Of a DNA stretch of 64,000 bases, positions 31,926 to 41,994 are shown piece after piece. The translations under genes were made by a program, and so were the position numbers. The stretch's first letter is position 1; each line of letters opens with the position of its first letter. Origin of the DNA: Chitinophagales bacterium (GTDB lineage: Bacteria; Bacteroidota; Bacteroidia; Chitinophagales; BACL12); the NCBI GenBank assembly GCA_041751015.1, contig JBGSYF010000030.1, positions 16,973 to 80,972 of the forward strand. The letters run 5' to 3'. A model generated the notes under the pieces. It made no database searches, was not told the origin of the DNA, and saw nothing but the letters and a program-made list of their open reading frames with translations.

Positions 31926-34481
31926 CTATGTTTCTGTTCGCTGTCTGTGCAGGCTGGGTTCAACCACCTTTGCCATCGCCTCAACATCGAGTTCTTCGCC
32001 CAGGAAATCCCGAATCCGACCGGCCTGTGCCAAAGGGTCTTTTAGCACGTCAGCATGATTAACGTATAAAACAGTTATATTGCTTTGCTCCGGCAGCCAG
32101 TTCTTAACCTTTCTCATTTGTTGCTGAAAGGCATTGACCAGACGCAGAGGCATAGCCTCTTCTTTGGCCTTGCCCTGGCGCAGGAGCATCTGATGCTGAG
32201 AGTGCAGCACCTCGCTGAACTCCCTTTCCATAAAAATAATTTTATAGGAAAATCGGGCTGGTAAATGCTCCAGCAACTGGGCGATGACCTTGACCACCTT
32301 TCCACCGGCTTGCGCGAGGAAGTCCTTGTTGCGCATAAGCGCTTTGACGGCCTCGTGTTCATAGTAGCCCCGGGGATTGCTCTCATCGGGCTGCCGGATG
32401 TTGTCGGTGAACAGTACAAGGCCGCCGCTTTCGAGCATCTGCATCATCATGCTGGTTCCAGAGCGGGGAAGTCCGCTGACTATGGTGATATGGGCCTGCA
32501 CATGGCTGGATACGTCTTGTTTAAACTGCGCCGCCTTTCCCCCCTGACCGAGATGATCGCCATAGATGCGGCTCAACCACTGACGGGCCTTGTTCAGACC
32601 CGGAGCCATGCTCAGGGCCACTTCAAAAGCCTGGGCCGAACGCTCGTAGTCCTCCAGGGCATAAAGCGCTTCGCCCAGATGATAGTGGGCAAAGGGGAAA
32701 TGGTAGATCAGACCCACTGAATTGAGCAGGGACTCCACCGCTTCGGATGCCTTACCGGCGCGCAATTGCGCCATGCCCAAACCGTGCCAGGCTCCGGCCG
32801 ATTCGGAATCGATCTCCAACTCGCGGCTAAAGGCCCGGATAGCGTCTTCCCATCTGCGGAGCATGGTATAGCCCCGGCCAATCTGCAGATGCAGTCTGGG
32901 CATGTTAGGCGCATCCTTCTCCGCGGCATTAAACTCCTCTAAAGCCTTGAGGGGCTTGTTCTCGCTGAGCAGCAAAGAGCCCTCCAATACGCGCAGACCC
33001 GGAGTAAGCTCCTTGCGCTGGGTCTTGATCTGATCCACCACCTTGCGGCAATCCGCAATGCGGCCAAGGCTCTGGTACACCCGAGCCAGGCGAACCCCAT
33101 AGCGCGTCTGATCGGCATTCTCACTGAACAGGCGCTCCAAGATGGAGGCGGCTTCTGTATACTTTCTCCCGTCGACGTAAGCCCGGGCCAGGTAGTAGTC
33201 GTTCTCGTTGATGGTCTTGCGAATAGCCTTGCTGGCATCCTCATCGGGCCGCTCCACATAACCCAGTTCGATGAGTTGCTCCATCGCCTCGTGCTGGGCG
33301 GTGGCATCCTGCTGCAAATCCGGCGGGTGCATACCGCATTCGCCCGGAATGTCCTCCCAACTGCTGATCTGCTCCAGCTCGGGTTCCTCCTCAAAGGCAT
33401 TGACCATCACCTTTCCATCCATATCCCGGCCGCTTGGCAAGCCAAACAACGTGAGCAGAGTTGGCGTGACGTCCAGGATACTGGCTCCGTAGATGCGCTC
33501 ATCCTGCTTTATCCCCGGGCCTTTGAGCACCACAATCCCATAAGGGCTGTGCTCCAGAGCAGGAGCGGCGGGCTCCTTGGGCAGTGATTTGGGTCGAAGG
33601 TGGTCGGGATGAAAGCCGTGGTCGGAGATGAGCATGATGGTAGTATCCTCCCCGGCCAGTTCCAAAAGCCTTTCCAGCATCATGTCGTGGAAGCGATAGG
33701 CCCCCACCACCACGTCCTTGTAAAGTGCGTATAAATCCTCTGGCACTCCGCCCATACGCGGGGGGTGAAACTTCATGAACCCGTGGCAGAAGTGATCAAT
33801 GGCGTCGTAGTAAACCGCCAGAAAATCCCAATCATCCTGCTCAGCCAGATAGGTAGCCGCCGCGTGTATGGTCGATGCCTCCGCCAATATCTTGGAGATG
33901 GCCGTGATGCGCTTATCGCTCTTCTGATCAACACGGGCGGCTTCAGGAACAAAAGGTAATATATGTTGTGCAGTAATCTCTCCGGGATGCACCCGCAGAT
34001 CGGCAAACAGATCGCTGAGCGCCGTGGGGTGGACGGTTCCATCCATCAAAGGCCAGGGTTTGTCGATAGCATGCCTGGCCTTCTGATAGAAATTGGAGAT
34101 GCTCACTCCCTTGATGGGCTCGGCCGGGTGCGAAGGCCACCAGCCGATCACATGGCTCTTGAGTTGGTGCTGGGTGAGGATGTTCCAGATGGCCTTGACC
34201 TTGCGACCGGTGTTGTAAACAGGTCGAATGCCCTTTCCGCCCGGATCGGGCTCGGTAAAGCCCAGAATACCGTGCTTATAGGGCCTCTTGCCCGTGGCTA
34301 TGGAGCTCCACAACATGGGCGAAAGGGGCGGGTCAAGGGTAGCCAGATTGCCCATGGCACCCCGCCCCACTAACTTCTCCAGGGTGGGCAAAAGCCCGGC
34401 ATCCAGCAGGGGATTGATCACCTTCCAATCGGCGGCATCCCAGCCGATCAACATCACTTTTTTGGCTAATCGCTTTCCCAT
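31926..34481 (-). CDS. Alkaline-phosphatase-superfamily (NPP-type) / TPR / sulfotransferase fusion protein
   Basis: LIGWDAADW, LSPMLWSSIATG, DHFCH, SDHGF; central TPR helices (AWHGLG, AHYHLGEAL); C-terminal SGLPRSGTS PAPS-binding loop; no signal peptide. Confidence 0.85.
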   Translation of the reverse strand: MGKRLAKKVMLIGWDAADWKVINPLLDAGLLPTLEKLVGRGAMGNLATLDPPLSPMLWSSIATGKRPYKHGILGFTEPDPGGKGIRPVYNTGRKVKAIWNILTQHQLKSHVIGWWPSHPAEPIKGVSISNFYQKARHAIDKPWPLMDGTVHPTALSDLFADLRVHPGEITAQHILPFVPEAARVDQKSDKRITAISKILAEASTIHAAATYLAEQDDWDFLAVYYDAIDHFCHGFMKFHPPRMGGVPEDLYALYKDVVVGAYRFHDMMLERLLELAGEDTTIMLISDHGFHPDHLRPKSLPKEPAAPALEHSPYGIVVLKGPGIKQDERIYGASILDVTPTLLTLFGLPSGRDMDGKVMVNAFEEEPELEQISSWEDIPGECGMHPPDLQQDATAQHEAMEQLIELGYVERPDEDASKAIRKTINENDYYLARAYVDGRKYTEAASILERLFSENADQTRYGVRLARVYQSLGRIADCRKVVDQIKTQRKELTPGLRVLEGSLLLSENKPLKALEEFNAAEKDAPNMPRLHLQIGRGYTMLRRWEDAIRAFSRELEIDSESAGAWHGLGMAQLRAGKASEAVESLLNSVGLIYHFPFAHYHLGEALYALEDYERSAQAFEVALSMAPGLNKARQWLSRIYGDHLGQGGKAAQFKQDVSSHVQAHITIVSGLPRSGTSMMMQMLESGGLVLFTDNIRQPDESNPRGYYEHEAVKALMRNKDFLAQAGGKVVKVIAQLLEHLPARFSYKIIFMEREFSEVLHSQHQMLLRQGKAKEEAMPLRLVNAFQQQMRKVKNWLPEQSNITVLYVNHADVLKDPLAQAGRIRDFLGEELDVEAMAKVVEPSLHRQRTET

Positions 34482-34493
34482 AAAAGGGCTTAA

Positions 34494-36224
34494 TCAAGAC
34501 CCGCCCGGCACTTCGGAATCGGCCTCCTGAATATAGTGAACTGTCCGGTAACCCAGCGCAACGGGCACAAAGGCCACAGCGGCAAGGGTCATCAGAGCGC
34601 TAAAGAACCAAAAGTACTCAGCACCGACCAGACGATTCACATAGACGGAATGCTCCTGCGAGGGCCTGTAGCGCCCAATGATCTGCAGCGGCTCACGGCT
34701 GGCGGCATCCAGCAGGGCAAAACTGCGATCGCTCATCCGCGGTGCATCCATCAGGTAGGTTCCCTGAAGTCGAAGGGTATCGGAAACGCCTTGCGGGTTT
34801 GAGCGCAGCAGAAAAAGCCCGCAATCTCCGCTGAACATGATCTTGCGGCCCTGAATCAGATCGCTGCGCTTGTCCAACAGCACAAATCGCGCTGATGCAG
34901 AGCCGGGAGCAGCGAAACCCGCAGATTCAGTGCCCTGCATCTGCACCTCTATGTCCTTTCGCATAAGCCGATTGACCTCAACGGCCAGAAAGTTCCCAGC
35001 GGAGAGGGATAGAAAATACAGGCCCATAACCAGGGACTTGGCGGGATTCGGGGCCTGGGTATAGGCAAACTCCAGACAGGTCATGGAGATGAGCACTTCG
35101 GCTGCCGTAAGGACCACATAAGCCCAGATCTGTCCGTTAACCGAGACGCGCTGACCGTGGAAGATCTTGTACTCCAGAGCCGCAATCAGGGCAAAGGAAA
35201 GGGCCGTGAGAAACATGCCAAATCCTATCCTCCGCAGCGGGGTGGGTCTGAGTCCCCAGCGTATGGCCAGAGGATACAATACCGTACTGAATAGTGGAAC
35301 AAAGATCAGGATCAGCACCGGATTGATGGCCTGGATCTGGGAGGGCAGCCATTCCACCGAAAATCCCAAAAAATTGAGGCGCTTGTCCATCAGATCGCTC
35401 TGGGCCTGCTGCACCCAGGAACTTCCCGTCTGATCATACAGCGACCAGAACACCGCCACCAGGCCAAAGACCGGAAGAATGCGCAAGATCGCCTTGCGCG
35501 TATCGCCCCGGCTCAGGGTGTGTTTGAAGGCCTTCCAGCCCACGGGAGGAATGCTCCGGTACTCTTTTCTGCCGATGTAGAAAACGATGGTGGCCAGCAG
35601 CATCAAAGCCCCGGGCAAACCAAAGGCCGCGTGAGGTCCGAAGCGCTGAAGAAGAAACTCCCCGGCCAGCATGGACAAAACCGCCCCGATGTTGATGGCG
35701 AAGTAAAACCAGGCGTAGGCCCGCTCGAGCAGATGGCTGTTGGAACGGCTGAACTGATCACCCAGATGCGCCGAAACGCAGGGCTTGATGCCGCCAGCTC
35801 CCACAGCGATCAGCGACAGCCCTATGCTCAGGCCCAGTCGCGTGTGATCCAGGGCCATGACCAGATGACCCAGGCAGTAGATCAGCGAGAGCGCCATGAT
35901 GGTCTTGTACTTGCCCAGAAAGATATCGGAGAGCAGCGAACCAAATAGCGGCAATAAATATACGCCCATCACAAAGGTATGGTACCATATCCTGGCCTCG
36001 CTCTCGGTCATCATATCCTCCTGACCCGAGGCATCCAAAAGGTAGCGCGTCATGAAGACCGTCAGTATGGCCTTCATGCCATAGAAGGAATAGCGCTCCG
36101 CCGCTTCGTTGACAACGATGTAGGGCAGGCCCGAAGGCATTCCCGCCTTTCGCCCTGCAGAAGGGGGGTATTTTTCGGGCGAAAGGCCGCCTGTTTCAGA
36201 ACCTGGTTTCAGCACATCACTCAT
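34494..36224 (-). CDS. POT/PTR2-family proton-dependent peptide transporter
   Basis: ExxERF-type motif NEAAERYSFYGM, GAGGIKPCVS, FYFAINIG, LEFAYTQAP. Confidence 0.92.
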   Translation of the reverse strand: MSDVLKPGSETGGLSPEKYPPSAGRKAGMPSGLPYIVVNEAAERYSFYGMKAILTVFMTRYLLDASGQEDMMTESEARIWYHTFVMGVYLLPLFGSLLSDIFLGKYKTIMALSLIYCLGHLVMALDHTRLGLSIGLSLIAVGAGGIKPCVSAHLGDQFSRSNSHLLERAYAWFYFAINIGAVLSMLAGEFLLQRFGPHAAFGLPGALMLLATIVFYIGRKEYRSIPPVGWKAFKHTLSRGDTRKAILRILPVFGLVAVFWSLYDQTGSSWVQQAQSDLMDKRLNFLGFSVEWLPSQIQAINPVLILIFVPLFSTVLYPLAIRWGLRPTPLRRIGFGMFLTALSFALIAALEYKIFHGQRVSVNGQIWAYVVLTAAEVLISMTCLEFAYTQAPNPAKSLVMGLYFLSLSAGNFLAVEVNRLMRKDIEVQMQGTESAGFAAPGSASARFVLLDKRSDLIQGRKIMFSGDCGLFLLRSNPQGVSDTLRLQGTYLMDAPRMSDRSFALLDAASREPLQIIGRYRPSQEHSVYVNRLVGAEYFWFFSALMTLAAVAFVPVALGYRTVHYIQEADSEVPGGS

Positions 36225-38179
36225 CGCTGTCGATAGGCCTTGACGGCAAGATGGTAGAGCGTATAGCCGGTTCCCAACACAATGGCCAGACCCAGCCAGT
36301 CGCTCGACGCCAATTGCTGCAAGGGGAATAAGTCCGGATTGTTGGAAACGGCGATGGGCACCGCCAGGCCAATGCCCAAGAGCGCTTCGCCCGTAATCAG
36401 GCCGGAGGCGAAGAGCAAACCGGTTCGCTCTGAAGCCTGTTTAGCAGGATCGTGATCATCGGGGTTGAACTGCCTGGAACGCGTTGCCCGCTCCACCGCC
36501 CAGGCCAGCATACCGCCCAGCATGATGGCGCTGTCCAGTTCAAAGGGAAGGTACAAACCCACCGCAACGGCCAGAACCGGTATGCGGAATGAAGCCCCCC
36601 GCCTGCGCTGAAACTCGTCGGCCAGAATGATTGCCACGGCTATCCCTGCGCCCGCGCTGACCAGGCCCCAGGGGAGATCCCGCCTAAAGACCCCGCTGGC
36701 CACCGAAGCCATCAAACTGGCCTGGGGAGCCGAAAGTTTGTCGCTGCCCAGGACATAGGCCTGATGCAGAATGTTTAACACTAAAGGCAGGACCAGAGCC
36801 GCGGCCAGAACGCCGACAAACTGCATGATTTGCTGGTTTCGCGGCGTTGCACCGAGCAGGTATCCGCTCTTCAGATCCTGCATGTTGTCTCCCGCGATGG
36901 CAGCCGCACAGCAGACCACAGCACCGATCAGAATGGCCGCTGCAGCTCCGCGAAGGGGGTCGCTGCCCGTGCCCAGCAGCACCAGCAACATCAAGGAAGC
37001 CGAGAGTATGGTGGCGATGGTCACCCCCGAGATCGGATTGTTGGAGCTGCCCACCAGACCGGCCATGTACCCGGCCACGGCGGAAAACAAAAAGCCCGCC
37101 AGCACCATGATCAGGGCCATGAACAGCGAGATGCTGACTTGCCCAATCTCGCGCTGATAGATGATAAAGACCGGAACGATCATCACCCCGATGCCGATCA
37201 TCACCCAGCTCATCGGGGTATCCAGGTCGGTGCGCAACTGCACGACCTTGCCGCTGCTCTTCTTGAAGGCATCCAGCCCCTCGCGCAGCGCCATACCCAG
37301 GGCTGAGCGGATAGACACCAGGGCCCAGAGCCCCCCGACCACCATGGCCCCCACGCCCAGATAGCGCAGTCGGGCGCTCCACAGACGCCCGGCCACCTCC
37401 GCCGGACCCGCGTCAGCGCCGATGCCCAATTCGCCCATCAATTCAGCCGAGCCGTGCAGGGCCAGATAGGCAGGAATGGCGATCCACCAGGTGATCACCC
37501 CTCCGGCAAAGACCAAAACGGCGATGCGCAAACCCACAATATAGCCCACGGCCATCAGAGCCGGACTCAAGTTTATTCCAAAAAATAATATATTATTTCC
37601 TTTAATCCAAGCTGCTTTTTCCAGTGCGGCGTTCCAAAGCCCCATGCCCGCTTCGGCGAACTTGACCAGGGCCCCAAGACCTGCCGCAGCCGCCAGATAA
37701 ATGACCGAACTGCCGCCCTCCGTTCCGCTCTTCAGCACTTCGGCAGTAGCCACGCCTTCGGGAAACTGCAGGGCCTGACGCACAATCAGGGCCCTTCTCA
37801 GGGGAATGGTGAACAACACCCCAAGTGTGCCTCCGCTCAGCGCGATGAAAGCCGTTTCGAGGTAATTGAAACTGGTCCAATGGCCCAGCATGACCAGGGC
37901 CGGAAAGGTGAAGATGACCCCTGCCGCCAGGGACTCTCCGGCTGATGCTGCCGTCTGAACGGCGTTGTTTTCCAATATGGTGCCCTTGCGAAGGAGCTTG
38001 AGAATGGCCATGGACATCACCGCCGCCGGGATAGAGGCCGAGACGGTCATTCCGGCAAACAAACCCAGATAGGCATTGGCGGCGGCCAGCACCGCGCTGA
38101 GCAATACCCCCAGCACCAGGCCGCGGGGTGTCAGTTCACGCATGTTCTCGCCTGGGCTGACGTAGGGCCGATTTTCCAT
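36221..38179 (-). CDS. OPT-family oligopeptide transporter
   Basis: AANAYLGL..GMTVSASIPA, ENNAVQT, FPEGVATA, GSSNNPISG, MQDLKSG, SAPQA. Confidence 0.94.
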   Translation of the reverse strand: MENRPYVSPGENMRELTPRGLVLGVLLSAVLAAANAYLGLFAGMTVSASIPAAVMSMAILKLLRKGTILENNAVQTAASAGESLAAGVIFTFPALVMLGHWTSFNYLETAFIALSGGTLGVLFTIPLRRALIVRQALQFPEGVATAEVLKSGTEGGSSVIYLAAAAGLGALVKFAEAGMGLWNAALEKAAWIKGNNILFFGINLSPALMAVGYIVGLRIAVLVFAGGVITWWIAIPAYLALHGSAELMGELGIGADAGPAEVAGRLWSARLRYLGVGAMVVGGLWALVSIRSALGMALREGLDAFKKSSGKVVQLRTDLDTPMSWVMIGIGVMIVPVFIIYQREIGQVSISLFMALIMVLAGFLFSAVAGYMAGLVGSSNNPISGVTIATILSASLMLLVLLGTGSDPLRGAAAAILIGAVVCCAAAIAGDNMQDLKSGYLLGATPRNQQIMQFVGVLAAALVLPLVLNILHQAYVLGSDKLSAPQASLMASVASGVFRRDLPWGLVSAGAGIAVAIILADEFQRRRGASFRIPVLAVAVGLYLPFELDSAIMLGGMLAWAVERATRSRQFNPDDHDPAKQASERTGLLFASGLITGEALLGIGLAVPIAVSNNPDLFPLQQLASSDWLGLAIVLGTGYTLYHLAVKAYRQR

Positions 38180-38361
38180 TGGGGGCTAAAATAGGGGCTG
38201 GAGATTGATGCGGAAAACCGCATTTGGGAACTATGGCGCGGATCATCCTTTGACGCTTAAGCCAATATTCATCCGCGGCACGGTCCCATTCGCCCAACAA
38301 TTCCTAACTTTAGAGAACTTCATAGAGCACTTTTACCACTATACGAGCTCTAAACCACCTC

Positions 38362-41300
38362 ATGGCGCTGGATTCGGCTTTGCGGATGAACGCCCTGCTC
38401 TGGGCGATTTTATGGCTTTGGCCTTTGGCTGAGGAGGGTGCTTTGCGCGCACAGCAACCCGACACGACCGTATCGCTCAACGCCGCCGAGGCCCTTCTGC
38501 CGCTCACTGGAGAGAGTCCGGCGCGTACCGGAGCGCCCGGGCCCCGCTTTGTGCCCAATCTGGGTCAGTGGGAAGGGGATTTCAGTTTCAAGGCAGAGAT
38601 TCCCGATGGGGCCTTGTTCTTTGACGATCAGGGGCTGACCTGGAGCCTGTTGAACGCGGCCGATCTGGTGGCGGTTAAAGAGGCCAAAAAAAGTGGCATT
38701 CCTCCCCCTCCCGGTGGTTTTCGCGTTGCCGGACACAGCTTCCGAACCCGTTTTGTGGGCGCTCAAAGCCTGAAGACCGAACCGGCGACCGAACCCGAAA
38801 CCCACTACCGCAACTACTTTCTGGGCAATGATCCCGCTCGGTGGAAGGGCCGGGTGCCCGAGTACTCCGCCCTGAAAATCCCTTCCCTCTATCCGGGTAT
38901 AGACCTCATGCTCTACGCCAGCCACGGCACGCTCAAGTATGACTTCATTTTAAAACCCGGCGCCCGCCTGGAGCGCATTGTGATGCAATACGATGAGTTG
39001 AGCAGCTTCCGCATCAGCGAAGGCCGGCTCATCTTAAGGCACAGCGCCGGTCAGATTCAGGAGGCCGAACCCCTGGCCTATCAGGACATCAACGGGCGGC
39101 GGCGCGTCATACCCTGCCGATACATTGAACGGGCCGGTGGAATCGGTTTTGAGCTCGGGGCGAAGTACGACAGTCGCTATCCCCTCATCATCGATCCCAT
39201 ATTAGTTTTTGCTACTTTTTCGGGCTCGAGCGCCGATAACTGGGGCTATACCGCCACCTATGATGCCGAAGGGCATTTGTTCGGAGGCGGAATCTCCTTC
39301 GGCATAGGCTATCCGGTGACGCTGGGGGCCTTTCAAACGGGCTATGGAGGCGGCGGGGGCGGTTTAGGTTGCGACATCGCCCTGAGCAAATACAACCCCG
39401 ACGGCAGCGCGCAAATCTGGTCCAGTTATCTCGGTGGAAGTGGGAATGAATTTCCGCAAAGTCTGGTGACCAATGCCGCCGGCGATCTGTTTGTTTACGG
39501 CAGCACCGGTTCGGCAAACTTTCCCATAACCGCGGGGGCATATTCGGGCAGTTACAGCGGTGGCAGTTCTGTCTTCGTTACCGGGATAGACTTCGCCACC
39601 GGCAGCGACATCTATGTCAGTCGAATCTCGGCAGACGGAGCCACGCTCATGGCCAGCACTTATGTTGGCGGTTCGGCCAATGACGGGCTCAACCTGGCGG
39701 CAAATCTGCACTACAACTACGGAGATCACGCGCGCGGCGAGATCATTCTGGCTCCGGACGGAGGTCCTATCGTCGCCTCATCCACCAATTCCAACAATTT
39801 TCCGGTTTCTCCGGGGGTGGTGCAGGGCAGCTTGGGCGGTGCTCAGGACGGGGTGCTCTTTCACCTCAACAATACCCTGACGAGCATGCTCTGGTCTACT
39901 TACATAGGCGGCTCGGTGGCCGACGGAGCCTACTCGGTCAAGGTGCACGAAGGCAGCGGAGATCTGCTGGTTTGCGGCGGCACCGGAAGCACCGACTTTC
40001 CCACATCGGGCGGGGTCCTGCACAGCACTTACCGGGGCGGAGCCACGGATGGCTGGGCCATGCGGCTGAACAGTAACGCCACCACGCTGATCGCCTCAAC
40101 TTTCCTGGGCACCGGCGCTTATGATCAGGCCTACTTCATCGACCGCGACATCGACGGCGATGTTTACGTCATGGGCCAGACCCGCGGACCCTATCCGGTC
40201 TCGGCAGGCGTGTATGCCAACCCCGGCAGTTCACAGTTCATTCACAAGCTCAGCGCAGACTTGAGCACTACGGTCTATTCTACCGTCTTTGGAAATGGTT
40301 CCAATACCGTGAACATCTCGCCAACAGCATTGCTGGTGGACGTCTGCGAGCAAGTCTATGTGTCGGGCTGGGGTGGCCTGGTCAATACCGGATTCAACCC
40401 GGCGGTGGGCAATATGAGTGGACTTCCCTTAAGTGCAGATGCCTTTCAGACCACTACAGACGGCAGCGATTTCTACTTCTTTGTGCTGGCCAGGAACGGG
40501 GTCGGCCTGCTGTATGGCTCCTACTTTGGGGGGGGTGTCGTCGGGGGAATTGTCTCCAGAGAGCATGTTGATGGCGGAACCAGTCGCTTTGATGAGCAGG
40601 GGGTGATCTATCAGGCGGTCTGTGCCGGATGCGGAGGAATGAATGCCTTTCCAACCACCCCTGGCGCCTGGTCAAACACCAATCTGAGCACCAATTGCAA
40701 CCTGGGAACCCTCAAGTTTCGCTTTGAACTCAGCGGGGTCGAAGCGGTTTCGGATGCAGAACCAGACCTGACCGGTTGCGCCCCCTTCACGGTCAATTTT
40801 GAGAACAACAGCACTGGTGCCAGCATCTACGAATGGTACTTCGGCGATGGAGATTCCTCTGATCTTTTCGAACCGTCACACACGTTTACAGAGGTGGGCA
40901 TCTACACGGTCATGCTCGTCGCTTCGGACACCAGCAGTTGCAACCAGAGCGATACCACCTTTCTGACCATCATAGCGGGCCTGGACAGTATTTCGGCCAA
41001 TTTCGAACTCGAGGAATTTCGCAATTGCGACACGCTTTGGGCTTCGTTCAGCGATCTGAGCAGCACCCTGGGCCCTTCGACCCAGATTACCTGGCTGCTG
41101 GGCGACGGAACGGTGCGCAATGAAGGCGGCGACTTTACCCATATCTACACCGCACCCGGCACCTACACGGTTCAGTTGATCCTGCAGGATTCGCTGAGTT
41201 GCAATCAGGTGGACACCATGACCTTTGTGCTGGTCTACAGCGCCGGTTTCAGTTCCGGCTTCAGTGTGGATTTTGAGGGTTGTATTCCCATTACAGCCCT

Positions 41301-41994
41301 GTTCATCAATGACTACCCGGATGCGGAGTCCTATTCCTGGGACTTTGGTGACGGCAACAGCGGAAGCGGCCTCAATCCCACCCATGTTTACAGCAGTCCG
41401 GGGCCTTATACCGTAAGCTTGACTACGGTCAATTGCGGGGTGTCTGAAGTAAGCACGAATATCATCGAAGTTCCGCCCGATCCGCTGGCCTTCTTTGACG
41501 ACGAACCCTATGCCGGTATACTCGGCACCCCGGTGCGTTTTACCAACCTGAGCCAGTTTGCCACGAGCTATCTCTGGGAATTCAGCGATGGGAGCAACAC
41601 AAGCGCAATCAATGCGGTTCACACGTTCACGGAAGCGATTACGCATACGGTCTGTTTGACGGCCTACAACGACTATGGTTGTGAAGATCAATACTGCCGG
41701 GAGATAGACATTGAGTACGAAGGCTTCATCGATGTTCCCACGGCCTTTACCCCAAACGGGGATGGTATGAACGATCGGTTCCTGGTGCAGGGCTTTGGCG
41801 TGGATGAGTTTCGATTGCGCATCTACAATCGCTGGGGCGAATTGGTCTATGAAGGCGACAACATGTTTGAGGGCTGGGACGGCATCTTTCGCTCTAAGCC
41901 TCAGGAGATGGATGTCTACGCCTGGACGCTCAGGGTGCGCTTTGCCAACAACCGCATTGAAGAGCGCAAAGGAAACCTAACCCTGCTGAGATGA
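38362..41994 (+). CDS. T9SS type-B cargo: DUF7948-like N-domain, SBBP-like propeller repeats, PKD domains, gliding-motility-associated CTD
   Basis: FVPNLGQW, NYFLGNDPARW, LYPGID, IIDP; repeated STY(V/I/L)GGS; W(Y/D)FGDG PKD repeats; VPTAFTPNGDGMND...IYNRWGE...KGNLTLLR. Confidence 0.9.
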   Translation: MALDSALRMNALLWAILWLWPLAEEGALRAQQPDTTVSLNAAEALLPLTGESPARTGAPGPRFVPNLGQWEGDFSFKAEIPDGALFFDDQGLTWSLLNAADLVAVKEAKKSGIPPPPGGFRVAGHSFRTRFVGAQSLKTEPATEPETHYRNYFLGNDPARWKGRVPEYSALKIPSLYPGIDLMLYASHGTLKYDFILKPGARLERIVMQYDELSSFRISEGRLILRHSAGQIQEAEPLAYQDINGRRRVIPCRYIERAGGIGFELGAKYDSRYPLIIDPILVFATFSGSSADNWGYTATYDAEGHLFGGGISFGIGYPVTLGAFQTGYGGGGGGLGCDIALSKYNPDGSAQIWSSYLGGSGNEFPQSLVTNAAGDLFVYGSTGSANFPITAGAYSGSYSGGSSVFVTGIDFATGSDIYVSRISADGATLMASTYVGGSANDGLNLAANLHYNYGDHARGEIILAPDGGPIVASSTNSNNFPVSPGVVQGSLGGAQDGVLFHLNNTLTSMLWSTYIGGSVADGAYSVKVHEGSGDLLVCGGTGSTDFPTSGGVLHSTYRGGATDGWAMRLNSNATTLIASTFLGTGAYDQAYFIDRDIDGDVYVMGQTRGPYPVSAGVYANPGSSQFIHKLSADLSTTVYSTVFGNGSNTVNISPTALLVDVCEQVYVSGWGGLVNTGFNPAVGNMSGLPLSADAFQTTTDGSDFYFFVLARNGVGLLYGSYFGGGVVGGIVSREHVDGGTSRFDEQGVIYQAVCAGCGGMNAFPTTPGAWSNTNLSTNCNLGTLKFRFELSGVEAVSDAEPDLTGCAPFTVNFENNSTGASIYEWYFGDGDSSDLFEPSHTFTEVGIYTVMLVASDTSSCNQSDTTFLTIIAGLDSISANFELEEFRNCDTLWASFSDLSSTLGPSTQITWLLGDGTVRNEGGDFTHIYTAPGTYTVQLILQDSLSCNQVDTMTFVLVYSAGFSSGFSVDFEGCIPITALFINDYPDAESYSWDFGDGNSGSGLNPTHVYSSPGPYTVSLTTVNCGVSEVSTNIIEVPPDPLAFFDDEPYAGILGTPVRFTNLSQFATSYLWEFSDGSNTSAINAVHTFTEAITHTVCLTAYNDYGCEDQYCREIDIEYEGFIDVPTAFTPNGDGMNDRFLVQGFGVDEFRLRIYNRWGELVYEGDNMFEGWDGIFRSKPQEMDVYAWTLRVRFANNRIEERKGNLTLLR

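Noticed and set aside
40528-40535. G8 tract in the type-B adhesin as a phase-variation switch
   Set aside because: Short, in frame and explained by Gly-Gly-Gly codons; no evidence of variation
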